A DNA stretch of 64,000 nt from Patescibacteria group bacterium (GTDB lineage: Bacteria; Patescibacteriota; Minisyncoccia; Portnoybacterales; UBA2143), in assembly GCA_018830295.1 (NCBI GenBank), contig JAHJSM010000001.1, positions 65,980 through 129,979 on the forward strand, in the 5' to 3' direction. A program made the translations under genes and the position numbers. This document shows positions 19,000-27,946 of this stretch, piece after piece (the stretch's first letter is position 1; each line of letters begins with the position of its first letter). The notes beneath the pieces are model-generated. The model did no database searches, was not told the DNA's origin, and saw only the letters and a list, made by a program, of their open reading frames with translations.

Positions 19000-19614
19000 T
19001 TCCGTGAAATCTTTTTTAAATTGTTTTTTGTCTGCGATAAATAACTCAAAAAATTTATTTTGATTAGTGACAAATGAAAAATTATCTTTTCCAATAATAT
19101 CTAAATAACTTGACCATTTATAATCTTCTAAAAATTTTATCGTTTGTTTCTGATTGCTTAGACCGTTTTCCTTCCAATTTTTATCAATTAATTGAATTGG
19201 ATTAGCAAAAATATAAAATGGTAAATACGTAAAATGATTATCTTTCTTTATAAGGATTATTTTTGACTTACCTTGAAATAAAACTCCGCTTCGTTCGTTT
19301 TTCAAATTAAAATATTGAGTATAGCTACTATTTACTTTCTTAGAAAACATACTTGCGCCGCCGTCGCGCTTCTCTCGAACTAAAATATGATAATGATTAG
19401 ACATCAAGCACCAACACAAAACATCCACCAACCCATCATCATCGCTGGTCGGCTTTCGGATAGCCGACCGTCGTTTGTGGTATGACATAAATGTTTCGTT
19501 TTTATTGTTAAAGTCGTAGAGATTATGAACAAAACGCAAATAATCTCTTTCATCAAGAAAAATTTTACGCTTATCTACACCTCTATTTAAGATATGATAA
19601 ATATCTCCCTTCAT
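18970..19614 (-). mobile_element. REP-associated tyrosine transposase (RAYT; IS200-like HUH/Y1)
   Basis: YHILNRG...IF, CLMSNHYH (HUH), YTQYFN...RSGVLFQG, YIFANP (catalytic Tyr), WSSY. Flanked by palindromes; no tnpB. Confidence 0.9.
19447..19469. repeat. Family B REP inside the RAYT coding sequence
   Basis: GGTCGGCTTTCGGATAGCCGACC, translated as RSAIRKPT. Confidence 0.85.
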
Positions 19615-19617
19615 AAT

Positions 19618-20112
19618 TTATTTGTCTGTTCGGCTATCCGATAGCCGAATGATTGTATGAGTCAATATTTGAATAATTTTTCTTTTTGGTTTACCTTTTT
19701 TGTTTTTGCCGTAAGTATAGTGATGAATTGACGGAACGCCATTTTTTGAAGAGTTGCTAATCGCTTTGCCATCGCCTAAATAAAATCCTATGTGTCGATG
19801 TAATATTTCATCAACACCCTTTCTTTCTTCCCAAACAAGAACATTGCCTGGAACTAATTTCTTAGTTTTCTCCCATCCATTTTCGAGCATATCTTTAACT
19901 GTACTTTTGACTGTGGCATGGGGCGATAAAATCAAGCCGAAAAAATTTAAAATAGACGAAACATGATAGGCGCAAGAAAGATTGCCATTTTTAAGAATGT
20001 CTCTTTTCTTGCCGTTTTCTAAAACATAAAGCCGCCGAAACATTTTACAGCCCCGACTCGCCCTAATCGCCTCTAAATAATTTTGATAAACAAGAATTTT
20101 AAGTTTTGACAT
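19618..20112 (-). CDS. NlpC/P60-CHAP-like papain-fold protein
   Basis: [11 protein letters not shown] (Cys), [23 protein letters not shown] (His). The C-terminal RLSDSR is encoded by a REP. Confidence 0.65.
   Translation of the reverse strand: MSKLKILVYQNYLEAIRASRGCKMFRRLYVLENGKKRDILKNGNLSCAYHVSSILNFFGLILSPHATVKSTVKDMLENGWEKTKKLVPGNVLVWEERKGVDEILHRHIGFYLGDGKAISNSSKNGVPSIHHYTYGKNKKGKPKRKIIQILTHTIIRLSDSRTDK
19629..19649. repeat. REP-like family B palindrome immediately upstream of RAYT
   Basis: TTCGGCTATCCGATAGCCGAA. Confidence 0.92.
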
Positions 20113-22045
20113 TTAAAAATTTGGCGTTAATAGCCACAATTACCGTGGAAAGCGACATCGATAATGCGCCGAGGGCGGGACTTAAAAGAACGCCCCAATT
20201 ATAAAAGACGCCGGCGGCGACTGGAATGGCGATAAGATTATAACCCGTCGCCCAAATTAAATTTTGAATCATCTTGCTATACGACGCGCGCGCCAAAAAG
20301 ACGACGCCGACAAGAGCCAAAGGGTTGCTTTTAACTAAAATCACATCAGCGGCCTCAATCGCCACATCCGTCCCTGCGCCCACCGCAATTCCAACATCGG
20401 CTTGAGCCAAAGCCGGCGCGTCGTTCACGCCATCGCCCGTCATCGCCACAATCAAACCGCGAGATTGAATCTCTTTAATTTTGGTCAACTTATCTTGAGG
20501 CAGAACCTCTGCCATAAACTCATCCAACCCTATTTCTTCAGCCACCCGTTCCGCGACCTGCCGATTATCCCCCGTCAGCATTATGCTTTTAATGCCCATC
20601 TTCCTCAACATCGCGACGGCCTCTTTTGATTCCGCCCTGACGACATCCGCCAAAGCGACCGCGCCAATCGGCTTGTTATCCGCCAAAACATAAACAATCG
20701 TCTTGCCCTCTTTTTTTATTTCCCCAATCTCTTTATTCTCCACCGTCACGCCCAACTCTTTCAAATATCCAAAACTGGCGACTGTTATTTTCCTGCCCAT
20801 AACCATTCCGCGCGCGCCTTTGCCCGGAATAGATTTAAAATCCGAAACAGCGTAAATTTCTCGAGCCGAAGCCGCGACGCTCTTGGCGATCGGATGGCTG
20901 GAATGGGAATCAACCGAAGCAGCCAAGTTCAAAACCTCGTCTTTGCTTAAATTTTCAAAAAAACTAATTATATCCGTCACTCCAAATTCACCTTTTGTTA
21001 AAGTACCCGTCTTGTCAAAAACAACCGTATTTATTTTTCTCATCTGCTCAAAGGCCGCTCTGTTCCTAATTAAAAATCCGTTGCTGGCGGCCAAAGAAAT
21101 TGAAACCGCCACGACCAAAGGAACGGCCAAACCCAAAGCGTGCGGACAAGCAATGACCATGACTGTCACCGCTCGCTCAATGGCAAAAAACAATTCTTTT
21201 TCAGAAAACATCAGCCATGAAAATAAAGTGAGCGCGCCGACAGACAAAGCGCCGACCGTCAGCCACAAAGCGGCCTTGTTCGCCAAATCCTGCGTTTTTG
21301 ACTTGCTCTCCTGGGCTTGGCGGACCAAATCAATTACTTGGGATAAATACGAATCCTTGCCCATCTTTTCCGCCCTGACAGTAATCGCCCCCTCGCCATT
21401 GACCGAAGCGCCAATGATTTTATCGCCAACTTTTTTGAAAACCGGTTCCGATTCGCCCGTGAGCATGGATTCATTGACTGATGTTTCTCCACTTATGACA
21501 ACGCCATCAACTGGCGCCTTCTCGCCCGGCTTAATTAATATCTTATCGCCCGCCTTCAAATTTTCAATCGCCACTTCTTCAAGCCCTCCATCTTCTTTGA
21601 CTTTATGCGCGGTGGAAGGCATTAATTTCGCCAATTCCTCCAAAGCCCGTCCAGCCCCCATAACAGACCTCATTTCAATCCAATGCCCCAAAAGCATAAT
21701 ATCTATCAAGGTGACTAACTCCCAAAAAAACAGATGCCCTGTCAAGCCAAAAACAACAGCCGAACTATACCCATAAGCGGTCGTAATCGCGACCGCGACC
21801 AAAGTCATCATCCCCGGCGTTTTCTTTTTCGCCTCGTCTAAAAACCCTTTCAAAAAAGGCCAGCCGCCGTAAAAATATATGATTGAAGACAAAGTAAATA
21901 AGACATATAAATTCTTATCCATCGACGAAAGCGCCAAAACAGGCAACGACAAAACCAAACAAACAAAAAACCGCCACCCAAAACCCCCCGCCGAATGAGC
22001 GCGATGATTCTGATGCCCCTTATGATTTTGATGATTCATATCCAT
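20099..22045 (-). CDS. copB: Copper-exporting P1B-3 ATPase (CopB-type)
   Basis: His-rich N-terminus, LTGES, CPH intramembrane motif, [28 protein letters not shown]. Confidence 0.92.
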   Translation of the reverse strand: MDMNHQNHKGHQNHRAHSAGGFGWRFFVCLVLSLPVLALSSMDKNLYVLFTLSSIIYFYGGWPFLKGFLDEAKKKTPGMMTLVAVAITTAYGYSSAVVFGLTGHLFFWELVTLIDIMLLGHWIEMRSVMGAGRALEELAKLMPSTAHKVKEDGGLEEVAIENLKAGDKILIKPGEKAPVDGVVISGETSVNESMLTGESEPVFKKVGDKIIGASVNGEGAITVRAEKMGKDSYLSQVIDLVRQAQESKSKTQDLANKAALWLTVGALSVGALTLFSWLMFSEKELFFAIERAVTVMVIACPHALGLAVPLVVAVSISLAASNGFLIRNRAAFEQMRKINTVVFDKTGTLTKGEFGVTDIISFFENLSKDEVLNLAASVDSHSSHPIAKSVAASAREIYAVSDFKSIPGKGARGMVMGRKITVASFGYLKELGVTVENKEIGEIKKEGKTIVYVLADNKPIGAVALADVVRAESKEAVAMLRKMGIKSIMLTGDNRQVAERVAEEIGLDEFMAEVLPQDKLTKIKEIQSRGLIVAMTGDGVNDAPALAQADVGIAVGAGTDVAIEAADVILVKSNPLALVGVVFLARASYSKMIQNLIWATGYNLIAIPVAAGVFYNWGVLLSPALGALSMSLSTVIVAINAKFLNVKT

Positions 22046-22064
22046 ACTATTGATCCCCCTCTAT

Positions 22065-22097
22065 GGGGACAGTCCCCCGTCCGCGGGGGCTGCCCCC
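22065..22097. repeat. REP-like family A doublet, hybrid of both variants
   Basis: GGGGACAGTCCCC-CGTCCGC-GGGGGCTGCCCCC. Confidence 0.88.
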
Positions 22098-22114
22098 GTC
22101 ATCTTTCTCGGCTC

Positions 22115-22143
22115 AAGTGTTCAACCCTGAAGGTTGAACACTT
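22115..22143. repeat. 12-bp perfect inverted repeat abutting the higA stop
   Basis: AAGTGTTCAACC-CTGAA-GGTTGAACACTT. Confidence 0.8.
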
Positions 22144-22446
22144 TTACATCGCGGGCTGTAAAATCTTGACTTCGTAACGCAATTTTTCGGATAGTTGTTC
22201 TGTTTGCGTTTCTAACTCGTATCGCGATTGGAGATTGAGCCAAAATTGCGGAGACACGCCAAAATATCTGCCCAAACGCAGAGCTGTATTCGCCGTAATC
22301 GCCCTTGTTCCGTGGACAATTTCATTTATTCTTCGCGGCGAAACACTAATATCTTTCGCCAAACGATACTGTGTAATATTAAATGGCTTCAGAAATTCTT
22401 CTGAAAGAATTTCCCCCGGATGAATAGGTTGTATTTTTTTAGACAT
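22144..22446 (-). CDS. higA: HigA antitoxin (XRE HTH)
   Basis: PIHPGEILSEEFL, RRINEIVHGTRAITANTALRL, FWLNLQ. Confidence 0.95.
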   Translation of the reverse strand: MSKKIQPIHPGEILSEEFLKPFNITQYRLAKDISVSPRRINEIVHGTRAITANTALRLGRYFGVSPQFWLNLQSRYELETQTEQLSEKLRYEVKILQPAM

Positions 22447-22449
22447 AAT

Positions 22450-22731
22450 TTAGTGATAATCAATTATTTCCACATTATACGCGTCTCCCTGACGCCATTC
22501 AAAACAAATTCTCCATTTCTTATTAATGCGAATGCTGTGTTGTTTTTTTCTTTTCCCGCTTAATTTTTCAAGATGATTTGACGGAGGAATTCTTAAATCG
22601 TTTAGAAACATCGCGGCATCTATAATCCAAAGTTTACGCATAGCCACTCTTTGTATTGAACGAGAAAAACCGCGCGAATAATTCCTTTCAAATATTTTTC
22701 GCGTTTCTTTACATTGAAAACTTTTAATCAT
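22450..22731 (-). CDS. higB: HigB toxin (RelE/ParE family)
   Basis: MIKSF, DLRIPPSNHLEKL, HSIRINKKWRICFEW, VEIIDYH; toxin-first order. Confidence 0.95.
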   Translation of the reverse strand: MIKSFQCKETRKIFERNYSRGFSRSIQRVAMRKLWIIDAAMFLNDLRIPPSNHLEKLSGKRKKQHSIRINKKWRICFEWRQGDAYNVEIIDYH

Positions 22732-22736
22732 GTATC

Positions 22737-22765
22737 ATATTAACGCGTTGCGTTAGTAGTGTCAA
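22737..22765 (-). promoter_or_regulatory. higBA promoter with operator
   Basis: TTGACA-17 nt-TAATAT, 5 nt before the ATG; inverted repeat TAACGC-GTT-GCGTTA at 22741-22755. Confidence 0.7.
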
Positions 22766-22797
22766 GTATAGAATAGCTGAATTATACTTCTATTATT

Positions 22798-23154
22798 TTA
22801 TTTCAAGTTTTTTAAATATTCCTTTATTCTCTCCCGATTCTCGTTCTCCTTGTTTCCTTTGAAATATATCTCAATAAATTCAATCCCAATCATTTCTATT
22901 GTTTGATGATTTTCAATATAGGCGTAAATAATTCTTAAATCCTTTTTCTTTAAACTTCTGCAAAAAAATCTTGCTTTAATAATGTAAATAAAATCATTTT
23001 TCGCAATTACATTAAAATGTTTGCCAATCCCCAAGGGCGCCGCGCTCAAAACCTTTTTAAATTCGGTTAAATCATCATCCGTGGTCTTGAATTTTTTAGA
23101 TAATTTCTTAAAATCTTTTTGAAATTCCTCCGTATTTTTAAAGTTCATCGTCAT
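22798..23154 (-). CDS. RelE-like toxin
   Basis: EEFQKDFKKLSKK, IIKAR, LRIIYAY, IEIYFKGNKEN. Start overlaps the upstream antitoxin end; 23148 is an alternative start. Confidence 0.7.
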   Translation of the reverse strand: MTMNFKNTEEFQKDFKKLSKKFKTTDDDLTEFKKVLSAAPLGIGKHFNVIAKNDFIYIIKARFFCRSLKKKDLRIIYAYIENHQTIEMIGIEFIEIYFKGNKENENRERIKEYLKNLK

Positions 23155-23923
23155 AGTTTCTGACCGAGTGGTCATCATCGCGATAAAAAACGGTTTCGTA
23201 ACTAATTTCTTCGCCCGCCTCGTGAACTCTCCACGGAGTGTCCGAGTGCGAGTATTCGCTTAATTCTTTGGCATTTTTCCACGCCAAACGATTCAAAACA
23301 TTGTCAATGTGCTGGATTTCTTGGGCGGACAAAATTTTTAAATCAGCGGAACATCGCGGCAAATATTTTTTTTGTTCGTATTGAAAATGCTTGCTTTTTA
23401 CTTTTTCAATTTCCCCGTTAGCAATCATTCTGTCGGTTATTTTTTTAAACTCAATCGGCGTCGGACCAAAATGATTTTTAATATATTTGGCGCCAATCAA
23501 CTGCTCTTCAAACTTTTCGTAATAATCAAAATCAATAAAATAAAGCAACTTATATATCGCTGTCTCGCCGATATTCGGACGAGCGCCGACTTTTTCAAGA
23601 AGATAAAGTAAAACCTCTTTAAACTTTTGCGCATTCGCGCGCGGCATAATAATTCTCATCTCCGGTTTTGCTATTTTTTTTATTTTCTTTTCTTTCGCCA
23701 GTTCGGTTTCTATTTTCTTTTTTCCTTCGCTCAAAAAATCATTCAAAGACATACTAAAAAGAGACGCCAATTTTTGCGCCTCCAAAACGGTCAACTCCCG
23801 CCCGCCTTTTTCTATTTGCGTATAAGTCGGCCGCGACATCTTTAATTTTTCCGCCAAATACCCTTGTGAAAAATTATTTTCTTCGCGCAATAGTTTAATT
23901 TTCTTGAATAAATCCTTAACCAT
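23138..23923 (-). CDS. XRE-HTH plus DUF4065 (Panacea/SocA-like) antitoxin
   Basis: SQGYLAEKLKMSRPTYTQIEKG (HTH); KLLYFIDF, FGPTP and LSEYSH...PW are typical of DUF4065. Confidence 0.85.
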   Translation of the reverse strand: MVKDLFKKIKLLREENNFSQGYLAEKLKMSRPTYTQIEKGGRELTVLEAQKLASLFSMSLNDFLSEGKKKIETELAKEKKIKKIAKPEMRIIMPRANAQKFKEVLLYLLEKVGARPNIGETAIYKLLYFIDFDYYEKFEEQLIGAKYIKNHFGPTPIEFKKITDRMIANGEIEKVKSKHFQYEQKKYLPRCSADLKILSAQEIQHIDNVLNRLAWKNAKELSEYSHSDTPWRVHEAGEEISYETVFYRDDDHSVRNYDDEL

Positions 23924-23994
23924 ATACCTCTATTATATATCCTGTAAAGAATTCTTGTCAAGTGGATAAGTAAGAATGCTTAACACCAGAATAA

Positions 23995-24015
23995 TTCGGC
24001 TATCCGATAGCCGAA
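23995..24015. repeat. REP-like family B palindrome just downstream of secA
   Basis: TTCGGCTATCCGATAGCCGAA. Confidence 0.92.
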
Positions 24016-24019
24016 TTGT

Positions 24020-26572
24020 TTATTGCCCGCAGCATTTTTTGAATTTTTTTCCGGAGCCGCAGGGGCAGGGGTCGTTTCGGCCTGCTTTTGTCGCGGAGGC
24101 CGTTTTGGGGACAGTCCCCGCAACGGGGACTGTCCCCAAGGGTTGATGCGCTATTGGAGCGTTGGGCGAAATAGAGACCTTGTAAATCATATTAACGACT
24201 GTTGATTGGATTGCCGCCATTAATCTTTGAAAAAGACGAATCCCCTCGTTTTTGTATTCCACCAACGGATCTTTTTGCCCGTAAGCGCGCAAGCGGACGC
24301 TGTCTCGCAAGTGGTCCATATTGTCCAAGTGGTCCATCCAAAGCGTGTCCAGAGAACGCAAGAGAACATATTTTTCAACGCGACGCGCGTTATCTTCGCC
24401 CAAATCATCTTCCTTTTTTTTGTACGCCTCCTCGGCTAATTTAATTAAATAATCAGAAACCTCGCCCTCGCTTTTCAGTTCCGCCAACGCCCGCGGCAAT
24501 TCCTCTGTTTGAAAAATACTCCCAATGATTTGACTAACTTCTTCGCGAGCGGCAATTTTCTTAATTTCATCCTTAATCATTTCCACCACTTCCGTTCTGA
24601 CATTCTTTTCTCTCAAAACCGCTTTTCGTTTTTTGTAAATCGTCTCCCTCTGCTTATTCATAACATCATCGTATTCCAAAATATGCTTCCGCGCGTCAAG
24701 ATTATATCCCTCAATCCTGCCCTGCGCCGATTCAATCGCTTTGGAAACCAACTTGTTTTCAAGCGGTTGGTCTTCAGGCACTTTCAGCATCTCCATCATT
24801 GACTTAACCCTGTCCCCGCCAAAAACGCGCATCAAATCGTCTTCCAAGGAAACGAAAAATTGACTGGAACCGGGGTCGCCCTGCCGTCCCGCTCTTCCCC
24901 GCAACTGGTCGTCAATCCGCCTCGCCTCGTGCCTCTCCGTCCCGATAACATGGAGACCGCCCAGCCCCGCCACTTCGTCATGCTTCGCCTCCTTTTCGCT
25001 TTCCTCCAAATCCCGCCCGCCTAAAATAATATCAACGCCCCGACCTGCCATATTGGTCGCGACTGTCACCGCCCCCTTCTGCCCCGCTTGAGCAAGAATT
25101 CGCGCTTCCTGTTCGTGGTTTTTCGCGTTAAGAATTTGGTGAGGGATGCCTTCTTTTCCTAAATAAGCCGAAAGCAGTTCGTTTTTTTCAATAGAAACCG
25201 TTCCCACTAAAACGGGCTGTCCCGCCTGGTATCTCTTTTTAATATCCCCAACAATCGCCCGCAATTTCCCATTCTCGTTTTTGTAAATGCTATCCGGCAA
25301 ATCCTCTCGGATCGCCGGCTTGTTGGTCGGAACCTCAACCACTTTTAATTTGTAAACCTTGTCAAACTCCTCGGCGGAAGTCAGAGCCGTTCCCGTCATT
25401 CCCGAAAGTTTTTCATACATCCGAAAATAGTTTTGAAAAGTAATAGAAGCAAGCGTGCGGCTTTCCTGTTGAACGCGGACATTTTCTTTCGCCTCAAGCG
25501 CCTGATGTAAACCGTCCGAATATCTTCGTCCTGGCATTAAACGCCCCGTGAATTCATCAACGATAATCACCTGCCCGTCTTTAACAACATAATCCCTGTC
25601 TTTTTTGAAAATAACCTCCGCCCGAAGCGCCTGTTCCAAATGGTGAACATAACGAATGCCGCCTTCTTCATAAATATTGTCCATTCCCAATATTTTTTCC
25701 ACCTTGTCAGTGCCTTCCTCCGTCAGAGTCACCGCTTTCATTTTTTCGTCCAAATTGTAATCGGCGTTCTCTTTCAACTGTGGCGTAATCCGACAAAACT
25801 GCTCATACATTTTCGTTGACTCCGCGTCAGGCATGGAAATAATCAGAGGCGTTCGCGCTTCATCAATTAAAATGCTGTCTATCTCGTCAACAATCGCGAA
25901 ATACGGCTCGCGTTGAGCCATCGCCTCCAAAGAAGGCGCCATATTATCCCGCAAATAATCAAAACCGAATTCGTTGTTCGTCCCGTAGGTAATATCCGCC
26001 AAATACGCCTCTTTGCGGACGACCTCCTTAAGGTTTTCCATTTCAACCGTAATTTCGTTTTCGTCAGGCGCTGTTTGCGGTTCAAAAATAAATGACTTTT
26101 CGTGATTAAGACAGGCAACGGAAATTCCCAAAAGATGGAAAATCGGACCCATCCAGTTGGCGTCTCTTCGGGATAAATAGTCGTTAACTGTGACAATATG
26201 AACGCCCTTGCCCGTAAGCGCGTTTAAGTAGGCCGCCAAAACAGAGGACAAGGTTTTACCCTCGCCCGTTTTCATCTCGGCGATCTGCCCCCGATGCAAA
26301 ACAACCCCGCCAATTAATTGAACATCAAAATGCCTCTGTCCAAGAGTTCTTTTTGCCGCCTCGCGCGCCAAAGCAAACGCCTCGGGAAGCAAATCATCCA
26401 ACGACTCGCCTTTCTCTAAGCGCGCCTTAAATTCCGCCGTCTTATCCTTCAACTCCCCATCGGGAAGAGAAGCAAACTCCTTTTCAAGTTCGTTAATCCT
26501 CTCAACTAACGGCCCAACATCCCTCAAATTCTTCTCATTAGCATCCCCAAAAATTTTAGTAAAAAATGACAT
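24020..26572 (-). CDS. secA: Preprotein translocase ATPase SecA
   Basis: EMKTGEGKT, VTVNDYL, DEIDSILIDEARTPLIIS, ATNMAGRG, QLRGRAGRQGDPG, SEC-C motif GRNDPCPCGSGKKFKKCC. Confidence 0.99.
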   Translation of the reverse strand: MSFFTKIFGDANEKNLRDVGPLVERINELEKEFASLPDGELKDKTAEFKARLEKGESLDDLLPEAFALAREAAKRTLGQRHFDVQLIGGVVLHRGQIAEMKTGEGKTLSSVLAAYLNALTGKGVHIVTVNDYLSRRDANWMGPIFHLLGISVACLNHEKSFIFEPQTAPDENEITVEMENLKEVVRKEAYLADITYGTNNEFGFDYLRDNMAPSLEAMAQREPYFAIVDEIDSILIDEARTPLIISMPDAESTKMYEQFCRITPQLKENADYNLDEKMKAVTLTEEGTDKVEKILGMDNIYEEGGIRYVHHLEQALRAEVIFKKDRDYVVKDGQVIIVDEFTGRLMPGRRYSDGLHQALEAKENVRVQQESRTLASITFQNYFRMYEKLSGMTGTALTSAEEFDKVYKLKVVEVPTNKPAIREDLPDSIYKNENGKLRAIVGDIKKRYQAGQPVLVGTVSIEKNELLSAYLGKEGIPHQILNAKNHEQEARILAQAGQKGAVTVATNMAGRGVDIILGGRDLEESEKEAKHDEVAGLGGLHVIGTERHEARRIDDQLRGRAGRQGDPGSSQFFVSLEDDLMRVFGGDRVKSMMEMLKVPEDQPLENKLVSKAIESAQGRIEGYNLDARKHILEYDDVMNKQRETIYKKRKAVLREKNVRTEVVEMIKDEIKKIAAREEVSQIIGSIFQTEELPRALAELKSEGEVSDYLIKLAEEAYKKKEDDLGEDNARRVEKYVLLRSLDTLWMDHLDNMDHLRDSVRLRAYGQKDPLVEYKNEGIRLFQRLMAAIQSTVVNMIYKVSISPNAPIAHQPLGTVPVAGTVPKTASATKAGRNDPCPCGSGKKFKKCCGQ
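24105..24139. repeat. Family A REP doublet inside secA
   Basis: TTGGGGACAGTCCCCG-CAA-CGGGGACTGTCCCCAA, translated as LGTVPVAGTVPK. Confidence 0.92.
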
Positions 26573-26634
26573 AAAGTTATTGTTATATCCTCACTATAAA
26601 ACGAATCGCCCCAAAAATCAATTATAAATTTTGT

Positions 26635-26662
26635 TTGACACAAATTTTTGATTTGTTATACT
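26635..26662 (+). promoter_or_regulatory. hicBA promoter, probably leaderless
   Basis: TTGACA-16 nt-TATACT with TG extension; ATG 7 nt downstream. Confidence 0.7.
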
Positions 26663-26669
26663 GGGTTAT

Positions 26670-26915
26670 ATGAAGAAAACTAAGAAAAAAATTTATCATT
26701 TCCCAGTTGTTATTGAACAAGACGAAATGGGGTATTATATCGGCAAAGTTCCCGCTTTAAGAAGTTGCTACACCCAAGCCAAAACATTGCCCGAATTATA
26801 TAAACGCTTAAATGAAGTAGTTGGTCTTTGTGTTGAAGTTGAAAAAGAAAATTTTTCCCAAAGAATTGAACAAAACAAATTTATAGGCGTCCAACAATTA
26901 GAATTTTCTAGATAA
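26670..26915 (+). CDS. hicB: HicB-family antitoxin (short form)
   Basis: FPVVIEQDEMGYYIGKVPALRSCYTQAKT; upstream of hicA. Confidence 0.88.
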   Translation: MKKTKKKIYHFPVVIEQDEMGYYIGKVPALRSCYTQAKTLPELYKRLNEVVGLCVEVEKENFSQRIEQNKFIGVQQLEFSR

Positions 26916-26921
26916 TCATAC

Positions 26922-27158
26922 ATGCCTAAACTTAATTTACTGCCAGCGAAAAAAATGGTAAAAATCTTAAAATGTTTGGGCTTCCAGAATATTAGAACAA
27001 AAGGCAGTCATTATTTTTTCTTCAATTCAACAACCAACAAAACCGCGACCGTCCCAGTTCACGGAAACGAATATTTAAGCATCGGAATTCTCAAGGAAAT
27101 TTTAAGAGATATTGAATTAAGCGTTGAGGAATATGAAAAGTTAAGAAGGAAAATTTAA
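26922..27158 (+). CDS. hicA: HicA-family toxin
   Basis: LGF...RTKGSH, TVPVH, GILKEILRD. Confidence 0.93.
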   Translation: MPKLNLLPAKKMVKILKCLGFQNIRTKGSHYFFFNSTTNKTATVPVHGNEYLSIGILKEILRDIELSVEEYEKLRRKI

Positions 27159-27180
27159 AATTACTGTTATTTTTTAAATC

Positions 27181-27210
27181 AAAAAACAACCTTTATGGGT
27201 TGTTTTTTTT
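27181..27210. terminator. Bidirectional intrinsic terminator between hicA and hpf
   Basis: AAAAAACAACCT-TTAT-GGGTTGTTTTTTTT. Confidence 0.75.
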
Positions 27211-27226
27211 GGTTTATCATCACCCC

Positions 27227-27646
27227 CTAATCTTCATCCTCTTCCACCACATCCCCAACTTTGGAGGAACGGAACCTTGCCATAGGGTTGAACTGCCAAA
27301 ACTTTTTCCACGACCTCGCGCCGCGAATTTCTTTTGTTTCTTTTTTATGAGTGTATTGCCTGATTTTTCTCCTTAATTCATCTTTGACCAAATCAACCGC
27401 CGCGTGGAGCGAATGCCCTGTTTCCTCCGCCCGCAAAAGTTTCCCGCCAAGATTTAAATTTACTTCCGCCCTGAAAATCTCGCCCTGTCTCTGCCCTTTC
27501 TTGATTCTCCCGACCTCTACTCTCGCTTCCACTGTTTCGGGGTCAAATTTCCCCAAAAGTTTCTCCAGCCCGCCAATTTTCTCCTCGATGTATTGATTAA
27601 CACTTTGAGAAATATCCACATCTTTTGTCTTAATAATTATTTTCAT
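27227..27646 (-). CDS. hpf: Ribosome hibernation factor HPF/RaiA
   Basis: MKIIIKTK, YIEEKI, FRAEVNL, LRAEE...LHAAVDLVKDEL; upstream of secA as usual. Confidence 0.9.
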   Translation of the reverse strand: MKIIIKTKDVDISQSVNQYIEEKIGGLEKLLGKFDPETVEARVEVGRIKKGQRQGEIFRAEVNLNLGGKLLRAEETGHSLHAAVDLVKDELRRKIRQYTHKKETKEIRGARSWKKFWQFNPMARFRSSKVGDVVEEDED

Positions 27647-27706
27647 AAAATTATATTGCTTATATCTTCATTTTAACAGATATATAAATTAACGCAAACC
27701 GCATTA

Positions 27707-27943
27707 TTATTTGTATGTATTATCAGATCGTCTTTCCACAGTCAAAAGAGTTATTTTTCTGTCTTGAACTCTATATATAATTCTAATATCGCCCCTTCTA
27801 ATTCTATACACATCGCGCCGCGTTTTTAATTTTTTGATTTTCAAGTCCTCAAAATCGCCTTTTTTAATTTTTTCTAAAATTACCTTAATCGCTTTTCGCT
27901 CTTTGGCAGAAAATTTTTTTAGCGCTTTGGCGATTTTATCCAT
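27707..27943 (-). CDS. RelE-family toxin
   Basis: IKKLK..RDVYRIRRGDIRIIY...VERRSDNTY. Confidence 0.85.
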   Translation of the reverse strand: MDKIAKALKKFSAKERKAIKVILEKIKKGDFEDLKIKKLKTRRDVYRIRRGDIRIIYRVQDRKITLLTVERRSDNTYK

Positions 27944-27946
27944 ATC

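Noticed and set aside
18970-19614. IS200/IS605 insertion sequence with TnpB
   Set aside because: No tnpB or iscB nearby. The protein length, the WSSY tail and dispersed matching palindromes fit a RAYT better.
20883-21776. 297-aa + strand ORF, and the many other short antisense or overlapping ORFs in the track
   Set aside because: They are shadows of well-supported genes on the opposite strand or frame (here copB) and carry no recognisable motifs.
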